From Candidatus Pacearchaeota archaeon (GTDB lineage: Archaea; Nanobdellota; Nanobdellia; Pacearchaeales; GW2011-AR1), in assembly GCA_016181895.1 (NCBI GenBank), contig JACOYL010000014.1:1-60089 (forward strand): 60,089 nucleotides of DNA. Reading direction: 5' to 3'. Below are positions 45,279 through 55,619 of this stretch, piece by piece; within the stretch, counting starts at the first letter, position 1, and the number at the start of each line of letters is the position of its first letter. Below the pieces are notes generated by a model that saw nothing but the letters and a program-made list of their open reading frames with translations, searched no databases and was not told where the DNA came from. The translations under genes were made by a program, and so were the position numbers.

Positions 45279-47045
45279 ATGAAACGCCACGAACTTATAA
45301 AAAAATACTTGGATTTTTTCAAAAGCAAAGGACATAAAATAATTCCTTCCGGTTCTTTGGTTCCAGAGAACGATCCCACTGTTTTATTCACTACGGCGGG
45401 AATGCATCCTTTAGTTCCATACCTACTTGGACAACAGCACAGTTTAGGAAGAAGGCTTGCAAACGTGCAAAAGTGCATAAGAACGACGGATATCGACGAA
45501 GTCGGAGATGAAACGCACCATACTTTTTTCGAGATGCTTGGAAATTGGAGCCTTGGAGATTATTTCAAAAAAGAAGCGATTGAAATGTCTTTTGAATTTC
45601 TCACAAAGATTTTAAAAATTCCTGCTGAAAGATTGGCTGTTTCTGTTTTTGCAGGAGATGATGATGCTCCTCGGGATTTGGAAGCAGCGAACACTTGGTT
45701 GAAACTCGGAATTCCAAAATCCCGCGTTGCTTTCTTGGGAAAAGAAGACAACTGGTGGGGACCTGCTGGATTGACAGGGCCTTGCGGTCCCGATACAGAG
45801 ATGTTTTATTGGAAATCAAAAAAAGAAAAGCCTCCGAAAACCTTTGATCCCAAAGACAATAATTGGGTTGAAATATGGAATGATGTTTTGATGCAATATG
45901 TCAAGGATGAAAATGGAAATTACAAGGAAGCAAAGCAGAAAAACGTCGACACTGGGATGGGTGTTGAAAGAACAGTCGCTGTCTTGAATGGATTGGAAGA
46001 CAATTATCTCACGGATTTATGGCATCCAATTATAAAAGAAATTGAAAAACTTTCCGTAAAAAAATATTCTGTCGCAAAGCATAACGACGAAAATATAACC
46101 AAGGCAATGAGAATAATTGCAGACCATATAAGGGCAAGTGTTTTCATAATTGCCTCTGGGATTCTACCAAGCAACACTGAAAGAGGTTATGTATTAAGAA
46201 GATTAATCAGAAGGGCTGTTCGTTATGCTCGTGAGTTAAGAATGAAAAATTTCACAAAACAAGTTGCAGCCCATGTTTTCCAAATGTACGATGTGGATTA
46301 TCCTGAATTGAGAAACAACGAGAAACAAATTCTTTCTGAATTGGAAAATGAAGAAAACAGGTTTTTGGAAACAATCGAAAGGGGAATGAAAATTTTCCAA
46401 GAACTTGTGAAAAACAAAAAAGCCCTTTCCGGAAAAGAGGCTTTTTTGCTGTATCAGAGTTTCGGCTTTCCGCTTGAAATGATTGTTGAAGAATGCAAAA
46501 ACAGGAAAATAAAATTCAATGAAAAGGATTTTTTCGCCGAAGAAAACAAGCACAAGGAACTTTCCCGTTCAACCAGCAAGGGAAAATTTGCCGCGGGCTT
46601 GGCAGACCATTCAATTGAATCAACGAGATATCACACTGCAACGCACATGCTTCACAAGGCATTGAAGCTGGTTTTGGGGCAGGAGGTTCAACAAATGGGA
46701 AGCAACATAACTCCAGAGAGAATGAGGTTTGATTTTTCTTTTCCGAGAAAATTAACAAACGAGGAATTGAAAAAAATTGAATCTGTTGTAAATAGGGAAA
46801 TAAATCGCGGATTAAAAGTTTCGTTTGTTGAAATGCCATATGCCCAAGCGGTTAAAACAGGCGCGCTTTCTTATTTCAGAGAACGTTATCCTCCGATTGT
46901 AAAAGTTTATTCTGTGGGAGATTTCTCAAAAGAGATTTGTACAGGACCTCATGTGAAAAATACAAAGGAAATAGGAAAATTCAAAATCATCAAGGAAGAA
47001 TCCGTCGCGCAGGGAGTGAGAAGAATAAAGGCGGTGCTGGAGTGA
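45279..47045 (+). CDS. alaS: Alanyl-tRNA synthetase (lacks C-Ala domain)
   Basis: FTTAGM, QKCIR, HHTFFEMLGN, DTGMGVER, HTATH, CTGPH, GVRRI.A at the extreme C-terminus. Confidence 0.97.
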   Translation: MKRHELIKKYLDFFKSKGHKIIPSGSLVPENDPTVLFTTAGMHPLVPYLLGQQHSLGRRLANVQKCIRTTDIDEVGDETHHTFFEMLGNWSLGDYFKKEAIEMSFEFLTKILKIPAERLAVSVFAGDDDAPRDLEAANTWLKLGIPKSRVAFLGKEDNWWGPAGLTGPCGPDTEMFYWKSKKEKPPKTFDPKDNNWVEIWNDVLMQYVKDENGNYKEAKQKNVDTGMGVERTVAVLNGLEDNYLTDLWHPIIKEIEKLSVKKYSVAKHNDENITKAMRIIADHIRASVFIIASGILPSNTERGYVLRRLIRRAVRYARELRMKNFTKQVAAHVFQMYDVDYPELRNNEKQILSELENEENRFLETIERGMKIFQELVKNKKALSGKEAFLLYQSFGFPLEMIVEECKNRKIKFNEKDFFAEENKHKELSRSTSKGKFAAGLADHSIESTRYHTATHMLHKALKLVLGQEVQQMGSNITPERMRFDFSFPRKLTNEELKKIESVVNREINRGLKVSFVEMPYAQAVKTGALSYFRERYPPIVKVYSVGDFSKEICTGPHVKNTKEIGKFKIIKEESVAQGVRRIKAVLE

Positions 47046-47093
47046 AATCAAATCATTCATAAGACTTAAAAAAGAAAGTAAATAATATTAATA

Positions 47094-47402
47094 ATGATTA
47101 TAGAACTATTAATTTTCTTAGTAGCAATTTTTTTATTATCAACAATCTTTTCTTTTATATTAAAGGGGGCTTTGAATGTCCATAAATTCTGGATTTATTT
47201 TGATGAATTTTTAGGCTTTATATTTATTTTTGGAATAATATATTCATTTGCATTTTTTATCAAACATCCAACTTTTAGTTTTATAATAGAGTTAACTCAA
47301 CTCGCTTGGGGATTAATTTTATTAACTTTAGCATTTGTAGTATTCATTATTGTAATCGGAATAGAAATAGGAAACTTTCTTGAAAAAATTATATTAAAGT
47401 AA
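47094..47402 (+). CDS. Small multi-TM membrane protein
   Basis: Hydrophobic, AT-rich. Confidence 0.6.
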   Translation: MIIELLIFLVAIFLLSTIFSFILKGALNVHKFWIYFDEFLGFIFIFGIIYSFAFFIKHPTFSFIIELTQLAWGLILLTLAFVVFIIVIGIEIGNFLEKIILK

Positions 47403-47404
47403 TT

Positions 47405-48454
47405 TCACCCCGCCTCATACTCCTTCACCAATCCATATTTGTTCTCAAGCCTCTTGAAATCAACAAGTTTCTTCGGATTGAAGAAAAAACTGTCGCCGTT
47501 TATCGTTTCCCTTATATCAATCAAATTTTCAGCATCTTCATATTCATAAATATCTGATGACAAAGACTCCCCATCGGAAATGAAAAGAATTTGCGGCTCC
47601 GATTCCAATTTCAAGCCGCCAACATAATTTATCTCCGTGTCTGTTATTATCGATGGCCCTGTTGTTTCGACAAAGCAGTATCCTGAATTTTTCCAGCTTT
47701 CTTCCATTGGACATTTTATTCCAATCGCTTCGTGATTTTCTTCCTGATTGTAAAAAAACACAACGCCGTAATCGATTTCCCGAAGCAAAAATGCAAGCAA
47801 CTCTGATTTCTCCCCGCAAACTCCCTCGCTGTCATAAAGAACCTCGTAGGGATATCTTGAATAATCCAAAACAGTTCCTCCGAATCTGGTTGTCTTGTTG
47901 CTTTTTCCCCATTTAATATTCTGAACCAAACTGATCGCGATTCTCGCCTGGTCTTCCTTGTCCTTTGCCTGGTTTTGAATTTCAACAACAAGAGGCATGA
48001 GCAAAAACCTCTGATCTTCCTGATTTATATTTTTCAGTTTGAAATCAACTCTCGACGGAGTTTGATTTCCGTTTGATTTCAAATAAATCGGCAGTTCGGA
48101 AAGATGCTCAACCATTCCCTCATAAGCAGTATAATTGAAAGTGTATTCATTTCCCCTTAAGATGTATTTTAACTGAATGCTTTTGGAATTTGTCTGAAAC
48201 TCAGATATGCATGAGTCTTTGCTTTTTGTTGTATTTGCAGGACAGCCGCAAACCTCTGCCCTTGCAATTAAAGTTCCATTTGAACAAAAATAAGGCTTGT
48301 TGATTGAGCATTTTCCCTCCAAACTTCCGTCGCCGCACATTGAATTGTCAAACGGAATTTCTTTTGGAGTTTCAACCAAATCAGAAAAAAGCCATACGAA
48401 TCCTATGAAAAATACCGCAAAAAAAATCGACAAGATAATCATCACCTTTGACAT
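47405..48454 (-). CDS. Membrane-anchored transglutaminase-like protein
   Basis: RYPYEVL...GVCGEKS.L...HEAIGI...ETT (Cys-His-Glu triad). Confidence 0.8.
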   Translation of the reverse strand: MSKVMIILSIFFAVFFIGFVWLFSDLVETPKEIPFDNSMCGDGSLEGKCSINKPYFCSNGTLIARAEVCGCPANTTKSKDSCISEFQTNSKSIQLKYILRGNEYTFNYTAYEGMVEHLSELPIYLKSNGNQTPSRVDFKLKNINQEDQRFLLMPLVVEIQNQAKDKEDQARIAISLVQNIKWGKSNKTTRFGGTVLDYSRYPYEVLYDSEGVCGEKSELLAFLLREIDYGVVFFYNQEENHEAIGIKCPMEESWKNSGYCFVETTGPSIITDTEINYVGGLKLESEPQILFISDGESLSSDIYEYEDAENLIDIRETINGDSFFFNPKKLVDFKRLENKYGLVKEYEAG

Positions 48455-48499
48455 TTTTCAACAAGGCAAGTGAATTATAAAAATGTAACTGAAAATTGA

Positions 48500-48690
48500 A
48501 AATATTAATGTACAATCCCCTTATAAAAGTTGATTGATAGTTAACCTTGTTTTTTAGGAGCAAACAACTTCATAAGAATAATCTGAAAGGGATTAATGTG
48601 AAAAAGATTTAGAGTCGTTTAATAGTTGCACAAAGGTTAAATTTTTTATATTAATATCGAGTGGGGTTGCGAGGAGGGTGGGAAAAAATT
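48500..48690 (+). repeat. Mosaic repeat locus
   Basis: ATTAATGT.., GATTAATGTG..AATAGTTGCACAAA.., GGGGTTGCGAGGAGGGTGGGA tail. Confidence 0.75.
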
Positions 48691-48705
48691 AATTCAATAA
48701 TAATT

Positions 48706-51168
48706 TCATTCCAAATAAATCGCAGGCTTTCCTGGTTTTGCTTTCTTTGATTTTCCGTCGGGATCATGCTTGCCTTTCTCATTCACGGCAAAAACCTTTG
48801 TCTGCAAATTTGTTCTTCTTTCAATTTCATCGATATTGTTTGCATAGATTTCTTTTTCTTTCGGAAGAGTGTAAACAAATAATTTCTTCGGTTTCTTTTC
48901 CCTTTCCCTTACAATCCTTAAAACATTGAGAACATCGCCAATCAAATCCTCGACATCTTTTTCCTCTTTCTCAAACTCCTTGCTTATTTTTTTCTCGTCG
49001 TATTTCGGCCATTCTGCGAAGGAAACAAAGTTTTTATTTCCAAGTTTCTCCCAAAATTCCTCTGCAACATGCGGCGTGAAAGGAGCAAGCATTTTGATAC
49101 AGGTTTCCAAATCTTTCCTGCTTATTTCTCTTTCATGAAGATATTCAAACAAATTCCTGATTTTAATTATCGCAAGATTGTATTTCAGATTTTCAATTTC
49201 TTCTGTAACATTTTTTATTGTTCCGTGAATTTTGTTCTCTGTTCTCGGATTTGATTTTCCTGTTTTTACTTTTGAAAAATATTCAAACAATTTTCTGACA
49301 AATCTATGCATGCCTTCGATTCCCTCCTGATTCCATGAAAAATCGCTGTCCGGAGATGCTATAGAAACCAAAAAAAGCCTGAGAGTATCTGCGCCGTATT
49401 TTTCAGCCATTTCCATCGGATCAATTACATTACCCTTTGATTTTGACATGACAAATCCGTCTTCCGCGTGAACCATTCCCTGATTGAAAAGTCTCTTGAA
49501 AGGCTCGTTTAACTTTTTTCCTACAAGATTTAAATCCCTCAAAACCTTTGTAAAAAATCTTGCGTAAATAAGATGCATGCACGCATGCTCTGCTCCGCCG
49601 GTGTAGAAATCAACAGGCATCCAGTAATCCGCCTTTTTCATATCAAACATTTTCCCTTGATTTTTTGAATCAATGAATCTCAAAAAGTACCATGAGGAAT
49701 CAAAGAAAGTGTCCATTGTGTCTGTTTCCCTTCTATAGATTTTTCCGTTTTTCTTGACTGTTAAAAATATTTTTGAAGTCTCAAGAGGATTTCCCTTTCC
49801 GAATTTTACATCATTTGGAAGTTTTACAGGCAACTCGCTTTCAGGAACGGGAACAATGTTTCCTTTCTCATCGTAGAGCATTGGAATGGGTGTTCCCCAA
49901 TATCTCTGTCTTGAAATAAGCCAGTCCCGCAATTTGTAATGGATTTTTTTCCCGCCGAGTTTTTTTTCGCGAAGAACTTTTGTAATATGCTCTTTTGCCT
50001 CTTCCGAGAACAAGCCGTTAAATTCAAGGGAATTAATCAATTTCCCGCTTCCAGTATAGGCCTCGTCCATGACAAGACTTTGAATTTTTTCATTTTCAGG
50101 ACGAATTACAATTTTTATCGGCAATTTGTATTTTCTCGCAAATTCAAAATCTCTTTTATCATGGCTTGGAACACCCATGACAATCCCAGAGCCGTATTCT
50201 GCAAGAACAAAATTTGCAATCCAAACAGGAATTCTTTCTTTTGTAAGGGGATGTATCGCATAGCTTCCTGTGAAAACCCCTGATTTTTCCATTTTGTCAA
50301 TGTCTTCCTGTTTTGTTGATTTTATTTTCTTCAGGAATTTTTCAACTTCCTTCTTTTTTTCTTTTGTTATCAAATGTTCCAAATCAATATACTGCGGACT
50401 TATTGCAAGAAAAGTAACTCCGAAAAGAGTGTCAATTCTTGTTGTAAAAACAAAGAATTTCTTCTTGTTTATTTCAAAAACAGCCTCTGCTCCCTCGGAT
50501 TTTCCAATCCAGTTTCTCTGCATTGTCTTTATTTTTTCAGGCCAGTCAAGAGAATCAACATCCTTCAGAAGTTCTTCCGCGTAATCTGTAATTTTCAAAA
50601 ACCATTGTTCGAGATGCTTCACTTCAATCTCTGTGTCGGTATGTCGCCAGCATTTTCCATTATGAACTTGTTCGTTAGCAAGAACAGTATCGCATTTCCT
50701 GCAATAATTAACAACTGCCTTTTTCTTGTATGCCAATCCTTTTTCAAACATCTTAAGAAAAATCCATTGATTCCATTTGTAATAATTCTCGTCGTGACTT
50801 TGTAAAATCCTGCTCCAATCATAACTAAAACCTAACTCTTTTTGCTGTTTTATGTAACTCTTTATTGCCTCGTCTGTAAAAACCCGAGGATGAGATTTTG
50901 CCTTTATCGCCGCGTTCTCCGCGGGCAAGCCGAAAGAGTCATATCCCATTGGATGCAGAACATTGAATCCCTGCATTCTCTTGAATCGCGCATAAACATC
51001 TCCGATGGTGTAATTGAAGGCATGCCCCATGTGCAATCCTGTTCCCGAGGGATATGGATACATTTCAAGAACGTAAAATTTCTTTCCTTTTTCCTTGGCT
51101 TCAAAAACCTTTTTCTCTTCCCATTTCTTCTGCCATTTTTTCCCTATTTGTTTGAAGTTGTAAGCCAT
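48706..51168 (-). CDS. leuS: Leucyl-tRNA synthetase, bacterial-type core with archaeal-like C-terminus
   Basis: MYPYPSG..LHMGH, FGLPAENAA, QRNWIGKS.G, DWLISRQRYWG, MSKSKGN; ends DP..K..KAKPGKPAIYLE. Confidence 0.96.
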   Translation of the reverse strand: MAYNFKQIGKKWQKKWEEKKVFEAKEKGKKFYVLEMYPYPSGTGLHMGHAFNYTIGDVYARFKRMQGFNVLHPMGYDSFGLPAENAAIKAKSHPRVFTDEAIKSYIKQQKELGFSYDWSRILQSHDENYYKWNQWIFLKMFEKGLAYKKKAVVNYCRKCDTVLANEQVHNGKCWRHTDTEIEVKHLEQWFLKITDYAEELLKDVDSLDWPEKIKTMQRNWIGKSEGAEAVFEINKKKFFVFTTRIDTLFGVTFLAISPQYIDLEHLITKEKKKEVEKFLKKIKSTKQEDIDKMEKSGVFTGSYAIHPLTKERIPVWIANFVLAEYGSGIVMGVPSHDKRDFEFARKYKLPIKIVIRPENEKIQSLVMDEAYTGSGKLINSLEFNGLFSEEAKEHITKVLREKKLGGKKIHYKLRDWLISRQRYWGTPIPMLYDEKGNIVPVPESELPVKLPNDVKFGKGNPLETSKIFLTVKKNGKIYRRETDTMDTFFDSSWYFLRFIDSKNQGKMFDMKKADYWMPVDFYTGGAEHACMHLIYARFFTKVLRDLNLVGKKLNEPFKRLFNQGMVHAEDGFVMSKSKGNVIDPMEMAEKYGADTLRLFLVSIASPDSDFSWNQEGIEGMHRFVRKLFEYFSKVKTGKSNPRTENKIHGTIKNVTEEIENLKYNLAIIKIRNLFEYLHEREISRKDLETCIKMLAPFTPHVAEEFWEKLGNKNFVSFAEWPKYDEKKISKEFEKEEKDVEDLIGDVLNVLRIVREREKKPKKLFVYTLPKEKEIYANNIDEIERRTNLQTKVFAVNEKGKHDPDGKSKKAKPGKPAIYLE

Positions 51169-51220
51169 GATAAGAAAACCAATCAGCAACTTTTAAATAT
51201 TATCTTTGTTTATTTTTAAA

Positions 51221-51739
51221 ATGGAAAAAATCCAGGCTTATTTCCTTGGGCAAAACATTCAGAGCAATTCCTCGGAAGCCTTCTCGTTGTATGAAAAAAG
51301 CCATTTCGGCGAGAGGACAGAGGGAAAAATAAGATATTCTTTTTCAGAGGCTCTTTTTCTTGTGCAAAAGGGAAAAATGGAAATCCTTTCAAAAAACAGG
51401 AAAATTTTGCACAAGGACTTGATGAAAAAAATCCAAAAATTCGACAAGAGAATCCAGATAAAATATCCTGTCTTCAGGGATTTGAGGGAAAAGGGATATG
51501 TCGTCAAAACAGCATTGAAATTCGGAGCTGATTTCCGCGTTTATGAAAAGGGAAAGAAAATTTCAGAGGTTCACGCAAAATGGGTTGTTTTCTGCGACAG
51601 CGAAACGCAAAAATTGACGTGGCATGAATTCTCTGCGAAAAATCGCGTCGCTCACTCAACGAAAAAAAACCTTCTTCTCGCGATTGTCGACGAGGAAAAC
51701 GACGTGACTTACTATGAAGTCAAGTGGATTAAGCCTTGA
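51221..51739 (+). CDS. endA: tRNA splicing endonuclease (single-unit form)
   Basis: DLREKGY.VKTALKFGADFRVY, H, RVAHSTKK, VTYYEV.W. Confidence 0.95.
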   Translation: MEKIQAYFLGQNIQSNSSEAFSLYEKSHFGERTEGKIRYSFSEALFLVQKGKMEILSKNRKILHKDLMKKIQKFDKRIQIKYPVFRDLREKGYVVKTALKFGADFRVYEKGKKISEVHAKWVVFCDSETQKLTWHEFSAKNRVAHSTKKNLLLAIVDEENDVTYYEVKWIKP

Positions 51740-51789
51740 AATAAATGATTCTAAATCTTTGAACTCGGAAAAAGATGCTCTTCTAAAAA

Positions 51790-51942
51790 AGGATAGTCGC
51801 AAAATAATTTACAAGTTGATTAAATCGGTTTTGACATTAATAGCCGTCTTCGGGGTGGGCGAGCAACTTGACTTTGACAATCTTAAAATTATTAATAATA
51901 AAGTCTGGTTGCGAGTTGGTCGGGGGATTGGTGGTGGGGAAG
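51790..51942 (+). repeat. Mosaic repeat locus
   Basis: CATTAA..GGGGTGGGCGAGCAACTTGACTTTGACAATCTTAAAATTATTAATAATAAAGTC..GGTCGGGGATTGGTGGTGGGG. Confidence 0.85.
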
Positions 51943-51986
51943 CAAAACACACTAAAATTTATAATCCTCTTCTTTCTCTTTCACTC

Positions 51987-52892
51987 ATGGCTCAAAGGAA
52001 CGCGCTTGAGATAAAAGAAAAGATACTTTCCATCTTCAAGGCCAGGGGCCCAAGCCTTCCCGTCCATATTGCAAAAGAAACCGATTTGAGCATTCTCTTC
52101 GCCTCTGCTTTTCTTTCCGAACTTATTGCCGAAAAAAAAATGAAATACAGCATCATGAAAATCGGCAGTTCCCCCCTGTATTTTCTTCCCGGCCAGGAAA
52201 ACATGCTGGAAAACTTCTCGGAACATTTGAAAGGCAGGGAGAAAGAAGCATTCAATCTTATCAAGGAAAAAAAATTTCTCAAAGATTCCGATACAGAGCC
52301 GGCGATAAGGGTTGCATTGAGGGAAATAAAAGATTTCGCCATTCCGTTCAGGATTGACGACGAGGTTTATTGGAGGTATCTTACTGCCGAAGAATCAGAG
52401 TTCATAGAAACAAAATTCAAGGAAACGGGAAAGCCGAAAATGTTTCACAAAGTCCAGGTTGTTGAAAAGCAGCAAAAACCGGTTGAAGCAAAGGAAGAAA
52501 TGCAAAAAGAGTTGTTTGAAGAAAAAGAGGAAAAAAAGCAGGCAAAGCCGAAGGCGAAAAAAATCCCTTCAAAAAGAAAAAAATCAAGGGAAAATGAAAA
52601 GTTCCTTGAAATGGTAAAGGAATTTCTTGCAAAATCCTCGATTGAAATAATAAGCATCGAGGGATTCAAAAAAGACGAGCTTATTCTCAAAGTCAAAATC
52701 AATGGAGACGAACAATTGCTGGCTGCCTACAACAAAAAGAAAATTTCCGAGAAAGACATAATAAAAGCCGCGAAAAAAGCCGCGGAACAAAATCTGAAAT
52801 ACTCGATTCTCTCCCTGGGAGAATTGCCGAAAAAAATTTCTGATTTGATAGAAGCCCTTAAAGACATAAAGGAAATAGAAAAAATCGAATGA
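51987..52892 (+). CDS. Hypothetical protein with N-terminal wHTH
   Basis: GPSLPVHIAK..LSILFASAFLSEL; start chosen at ATG 51987 after TTTATAA box. Confidence 0.75.
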   Translation: MAQRNALEIKEKILSIFKARGPSLPVHIAKETDLSILFASAFLSELIAEKKMKYSIMKIGSSPLYFLPGQENMLENFSEHLKGREKEAFNLIKEKKFLKDSDTEPAIRVALREIKDFAIPFRIDDEVYWRYLTAEESEFIETKFKETGKPKMFHKVQVVEKQQKPVEAKEEMQKELFEEKEEKKQAKPKAKKIPSKRKKSRENEKFLEMVKEFLAKSSIEIISIEGFKKDELILKVKINGDEQLLAAYNKKKISEKDIIKAAKKAAEQNLKYSILSLGELPKKISDLIEALKDIKEIEKIE

Positions 52893-52914
52893 AAATGAAA
52901 AGTTTTAGTGTAAT

Positions 52915-53006
52915 TAAAAGGTTAATGTAAAAAATTTATCGGGTTGGTTGATAGTTGAACAAAGCATTAAAGTTGTTTATTATTAAAATCTGTTTTTAGG
53001 GGGGAA
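52915..53006 (+). repeat. Single unit of the mosaic repeat
   Basis: GTTAATGTAAAAAATTTATC..ATAGTTGAACAAAGCATTAAAG..TTTTTAGGGGG; matches 44900-44960. Confidence 0.7.
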
Positions 53007-53056
53007 AGAAATTAATTAATAAAAACTCTTAAAAACTACCTTTTTTATGATTAATC

Positions 53057-53263
53057 ATGGGAAAGATAAAATCAAAATCAATAAGAAGAACGGCGAATGA
53101 GCTTATGCAAAAAGGAATGGTTTTCACCGAACAATTTGTGGAAAACAAGAAAATTCTCGGCAATTTTCTTCCAAGCAAAAAAATCAGGAATCAAATCGCA
53201 GGTTTGCTCGGAAAAACAGTGAAGAGGAACAGGCTTCATGAATTGAAACTTCTGAAAAAGTGA
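53057..53263 (+). CDS. rps17e: 30S ribosomal protein S17e
   Basis: MGKIK...F.ENKK...SKKIRNQIAG. Confidence 0.93.
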   Translation: MGKIKSKSIRRTANELMQKGMVFTEQFVENKKILGNFLPSKKIRNQIAGLLGKTVKRNRLHELKLLKK

Positions 53264-53267
53264 TAAA

Positions 53268-53564
53268 ATGGATGACAGCGAAAAGAAAAATGACAATGTT
53301 GTTTTCATAGGAAGCAAGCCTTTCATGAATTACATAACAAGCGTCGTCATTCAGTTCACATCGAAAAATCGCGATGAAGTCATTGTCAAGGCGAGAGGGA
53401 AATGGATTTCCCGTGCTGTAGATGTTGTTGAAAGGGTGAGAAAAAGATTTCTGAAAGACAAAAACATACAAATCAAGCACGTGAGAATCGACAGCGACGA
53501 AGTTGAAAACAAGGAAGGCAAAAAAATCAACGTTTCCCTGATTGAAATAACGCTGGGGAAATGA
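53268..53564 (+). CDS. albA: Alba nucleic-acid-binding protein
   Basis: VFIGSKPFMNY, KARG..ISRAVDV, VS.IEI.L. Confidence 0.96.
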   Translation: MDDSEKKNDNVVFIGSKPFMNYITSVVIQFTSKNRDEVIVKARGKWISRAVDVVERVRKRFLKDKNIQIKHVRIDSDEVENKEGKKINVSLIEITLGK

Positions 53565-53693
53565 TATCTCTTTATGCAATTAATGATAAAAAATTTGGTT
53601 GTGTTAATATTTTTCGGTAATTCTTGCAAATTTATTCATTTAAATAAAACTTTTCATAGAAAGCTATTTAAACAATTTTTTTTTGTCTAATGA

Positions 53694-54053
53694 ATGAACA
53701 TAGGAAGAAAAATTTCCGGAGGAAAGTACATAAAAAACAGAAAGAAAAAACTCTACGAAAGACTTGGACAAAAAAAGAATGTAAAACTCGGGGACGACAA
53801 GAGAAAACACAAAAGAGTTCGGGGAGGAAGTTTGAAAACCTTTTTGCTCAAGGCAAAAATCGTGAACGTTCAAATGAAGGGAAAAAGCAAAAAAGCCGAG
53901 ATAAAAAACGTCCTTGAGACGCCGTCAAACAGATTCCTTGCAAGGCAGAACATAATCACAAAAGGAACAATCGTTGAAACGGACATGGGAAAAGTCAGGA
54001 TAACAAGTCGTCCGACACAATCGGGAATTTTGAACGGGGTTTTAGTAAAGTGA
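53694..54053 (+). CDS. rps8e: 30S ribosomal protein S8e
   Basis: RK.SGG, RVRGG, NIITKG.IVET, TSRP.QSG.LNG. Confidence 0.96.
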   Translation: MNIGRKISGGKYIKNRKKKLYERLGQKKNVKLGDDKRKHKRVRGGSLKTFLLKAKIVNVQMKGKSKKAEIKNVLETPSNRFLARQNIITKGTIVETDMGKVRITSRPTQSGILNGVLVK

Positions 54054-54149
54054 ATAAAATCTACTCAAATAATCCTTCATCACGAAAAGATTTATAAACA
54101 ATTTTTTCGATAATACATCAACAAATATTCCACATATTTTGGATTTAAA

Positions 54150-54398
54150 ATGGCTACAGGAATTGAAAGACCGTTGGACTTGCTGAATAATTCTAAGCAC
54201 AAGGAAGTTCTTGTTCAATTGAAGGGCGACAAGCAATACGTCGGAACATTGCTGGCTTTTGACATTCACATAAACTTGGTTTTGGACAACACGAAGGAAA
54301 TGCAGAACAATGAAATCAAGAGAAACATCGGCTTGACTTTTTTGCGGGGCGACACGATAATATTCATCTCTCCGGCTTCGACGAGTTTAAAGAAATGA
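54150..54398 (+). CDS. Sm/Lsm-like protein (SmAP1)
   Basis: RPLDLL, G.L.AFDIHINLVL, LRGD. Confidence 0.93.
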   Translation: MATGIERPLDLLNNSKHKEVLVQLKGDKQYVGTLLAFDIHINLVLDNTKEMQNNEIKRNIGLTFLRGDTIIFISPASTSLKK

Positions 54399-54409
54399 TA
54401 TAATTTTCA

Positions 54410-54690
54410 GAAAACATCTGGCAATTATTTGAATTAGTTTAATGTGCAATTCTATTTTTAAAAGTTGATAAAAGCATTTTACAGTTAACATGGTTTTTAA
54501 AGGAGGGAGTCCGGGGGTTTGGCGGGCAACTTCGCGAGAATTACTTGAAAAAGATTAATACAAAAATTTATCACAAGTTAATATTTTATGGATTGTGAAT
54601 TTATCATTAATCCTTTTTTTGGGAGGATGGGTGGGAACTGAATTGATATGTCAAAAAAACATTGTTGCGAATTAGGGTTGGCGGGATAAT
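54410..54690 (+). repeat. Mosaic repeat locus
   Basis: TTAATGTGCAAT..AAAAGTTGATAAAA..GTTAAC; GGGGGTTTGGCGGGCAACTTCGCGAG; GGGAGGATGGGTGGGAA. Confidence 0.8.
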
Positions 54691-54719
54691 TATATAAATC
54701 TCCCTTCGTTTTCCCCTGA

Positions 54720-55613
54720 ATGATTAAACTCACATTTCTCGGAACTTCGGATTCTGTTCCAAGCGCCGAAAGAAATCATACTTCAATCCTGCTGACTTAC
54801 GAGGGAGAAAACATATTGATTGACTGCGGCGAGGGAACTCAAAGGCAATTCAGGAAACTTGGATTGAATCCCTGCAAGATAACAAAAATCCTGTTAACGC
54901 ACAGGCACGCGGACCATTCCCTTGGATTGCCGGGTTTGTTAAAGACAATGGCTCTTACAGGATACAATAAAACACTTGAAATCTATGGGCCAAATGGAAC
55001 AAAAATTTTCATGGAAAACCTGTTCAGGACATTCGGAAAAATCGAGGAATATAAAATGAATATTCATGAAGTTTCCGGCAGGTTTTTTGAAAACAAGAAT
55101 TTCTTTCTTGAAGCGGAAAGAATGACTCACGGAGTTCCGTGCAACGCCTATTTGTTTGTAAAAAAAGGACAGATAAGAATCGACAAGTCAAAATTAAAAA
55201 AATACAAATTGCCGGAAGGAATTCATTTGAGGGATTTGAAACTCGGAAAAAACATAAGATACAAAGGCAGGATTTTTAAGGCAAAGGATTTCACTTTTGT
55301 TGAAAACGGAAAAAAAATTTCATTTGTCCTCGACACTTCGGAAAATAAAAACATTGTTCCTCTTGTGAAAAATTCAGATGTATTGGTTTGCGAGGCAAGC
55401 TTCTCTTCGGACATGGAAAAAAAAGCAAGGGAATTCCATCATTTGACTTCCAAGCAAGCTGGAGAAATTGCAAAAAAGTCAAAGTCAAAAAAGCTCTTGC
55501 TGACGCATTTAAGCCAGAGATTTGAAAAAAAGAAAGAAATTATTTTGAAAGAAGCAAGAAAAATTTTCAAGAATTCTCATCTTGTGAAGGATTTGGAAGT
55601 TGTGGAGGTTTAA
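54720..55613 (+). CDS. rnz: Ribonuclease Z
   Basis: FLGTS..VP...RN, DCGEGTQRQ, THRHADH, HLT, TH.SQR. Confidence 0.96.
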   Translation: MIKLTFLGTSDSVPSAERNHTSILLTYEGENILIDCGEGTQRQFRKLGLNPCKITKILLTHRHADHSLGLPGLLKTMALTGYNKTLEIYGPNGTKIFMENLFRTFGKIEEYKMNIHEVSGRFFENKNFFLEAERMTHGVPCNAYLFVKKGQIRIDKSKLKKYKLPEGIHLRDLKLGKNIRYKGRIFKAKDFTFVENGKKISFVLDTSENKNIVPLVKNSDVLVCEASFSSDMEKKAREFHHLTSKQAGEIAKKSKSKKLLLTHLSQRFEKKKEIILKEARKIFKNSHLVKDLEVVEV

Positions 55614-55619
55614 TGAGTT

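Noticed and set aside
48671-48683. GAGGAGGGTGGGA as the tRNA-Cys 3' half
   Set aside because: Mismatch in the acceptor stem, no complementary leader, and it is part of the G-rich repeat tail
51714-51986. 91-aa N-terminal extension of the 392-aa ORF
   Set aside because: It overlaps the endA end and reads through a repeat locus; a TATA box and ATG at 51987 give a better start
55599-55609. 11-bp inverted match (GTTGTGGAGGT) to the tRNA-Cys 5' end as the missing 3' exon
   Set aside because: It lies in the rnz coding end, lacks the adjacent CCCAC, gives A73 rather than the Cys U73, and has no BHB junction
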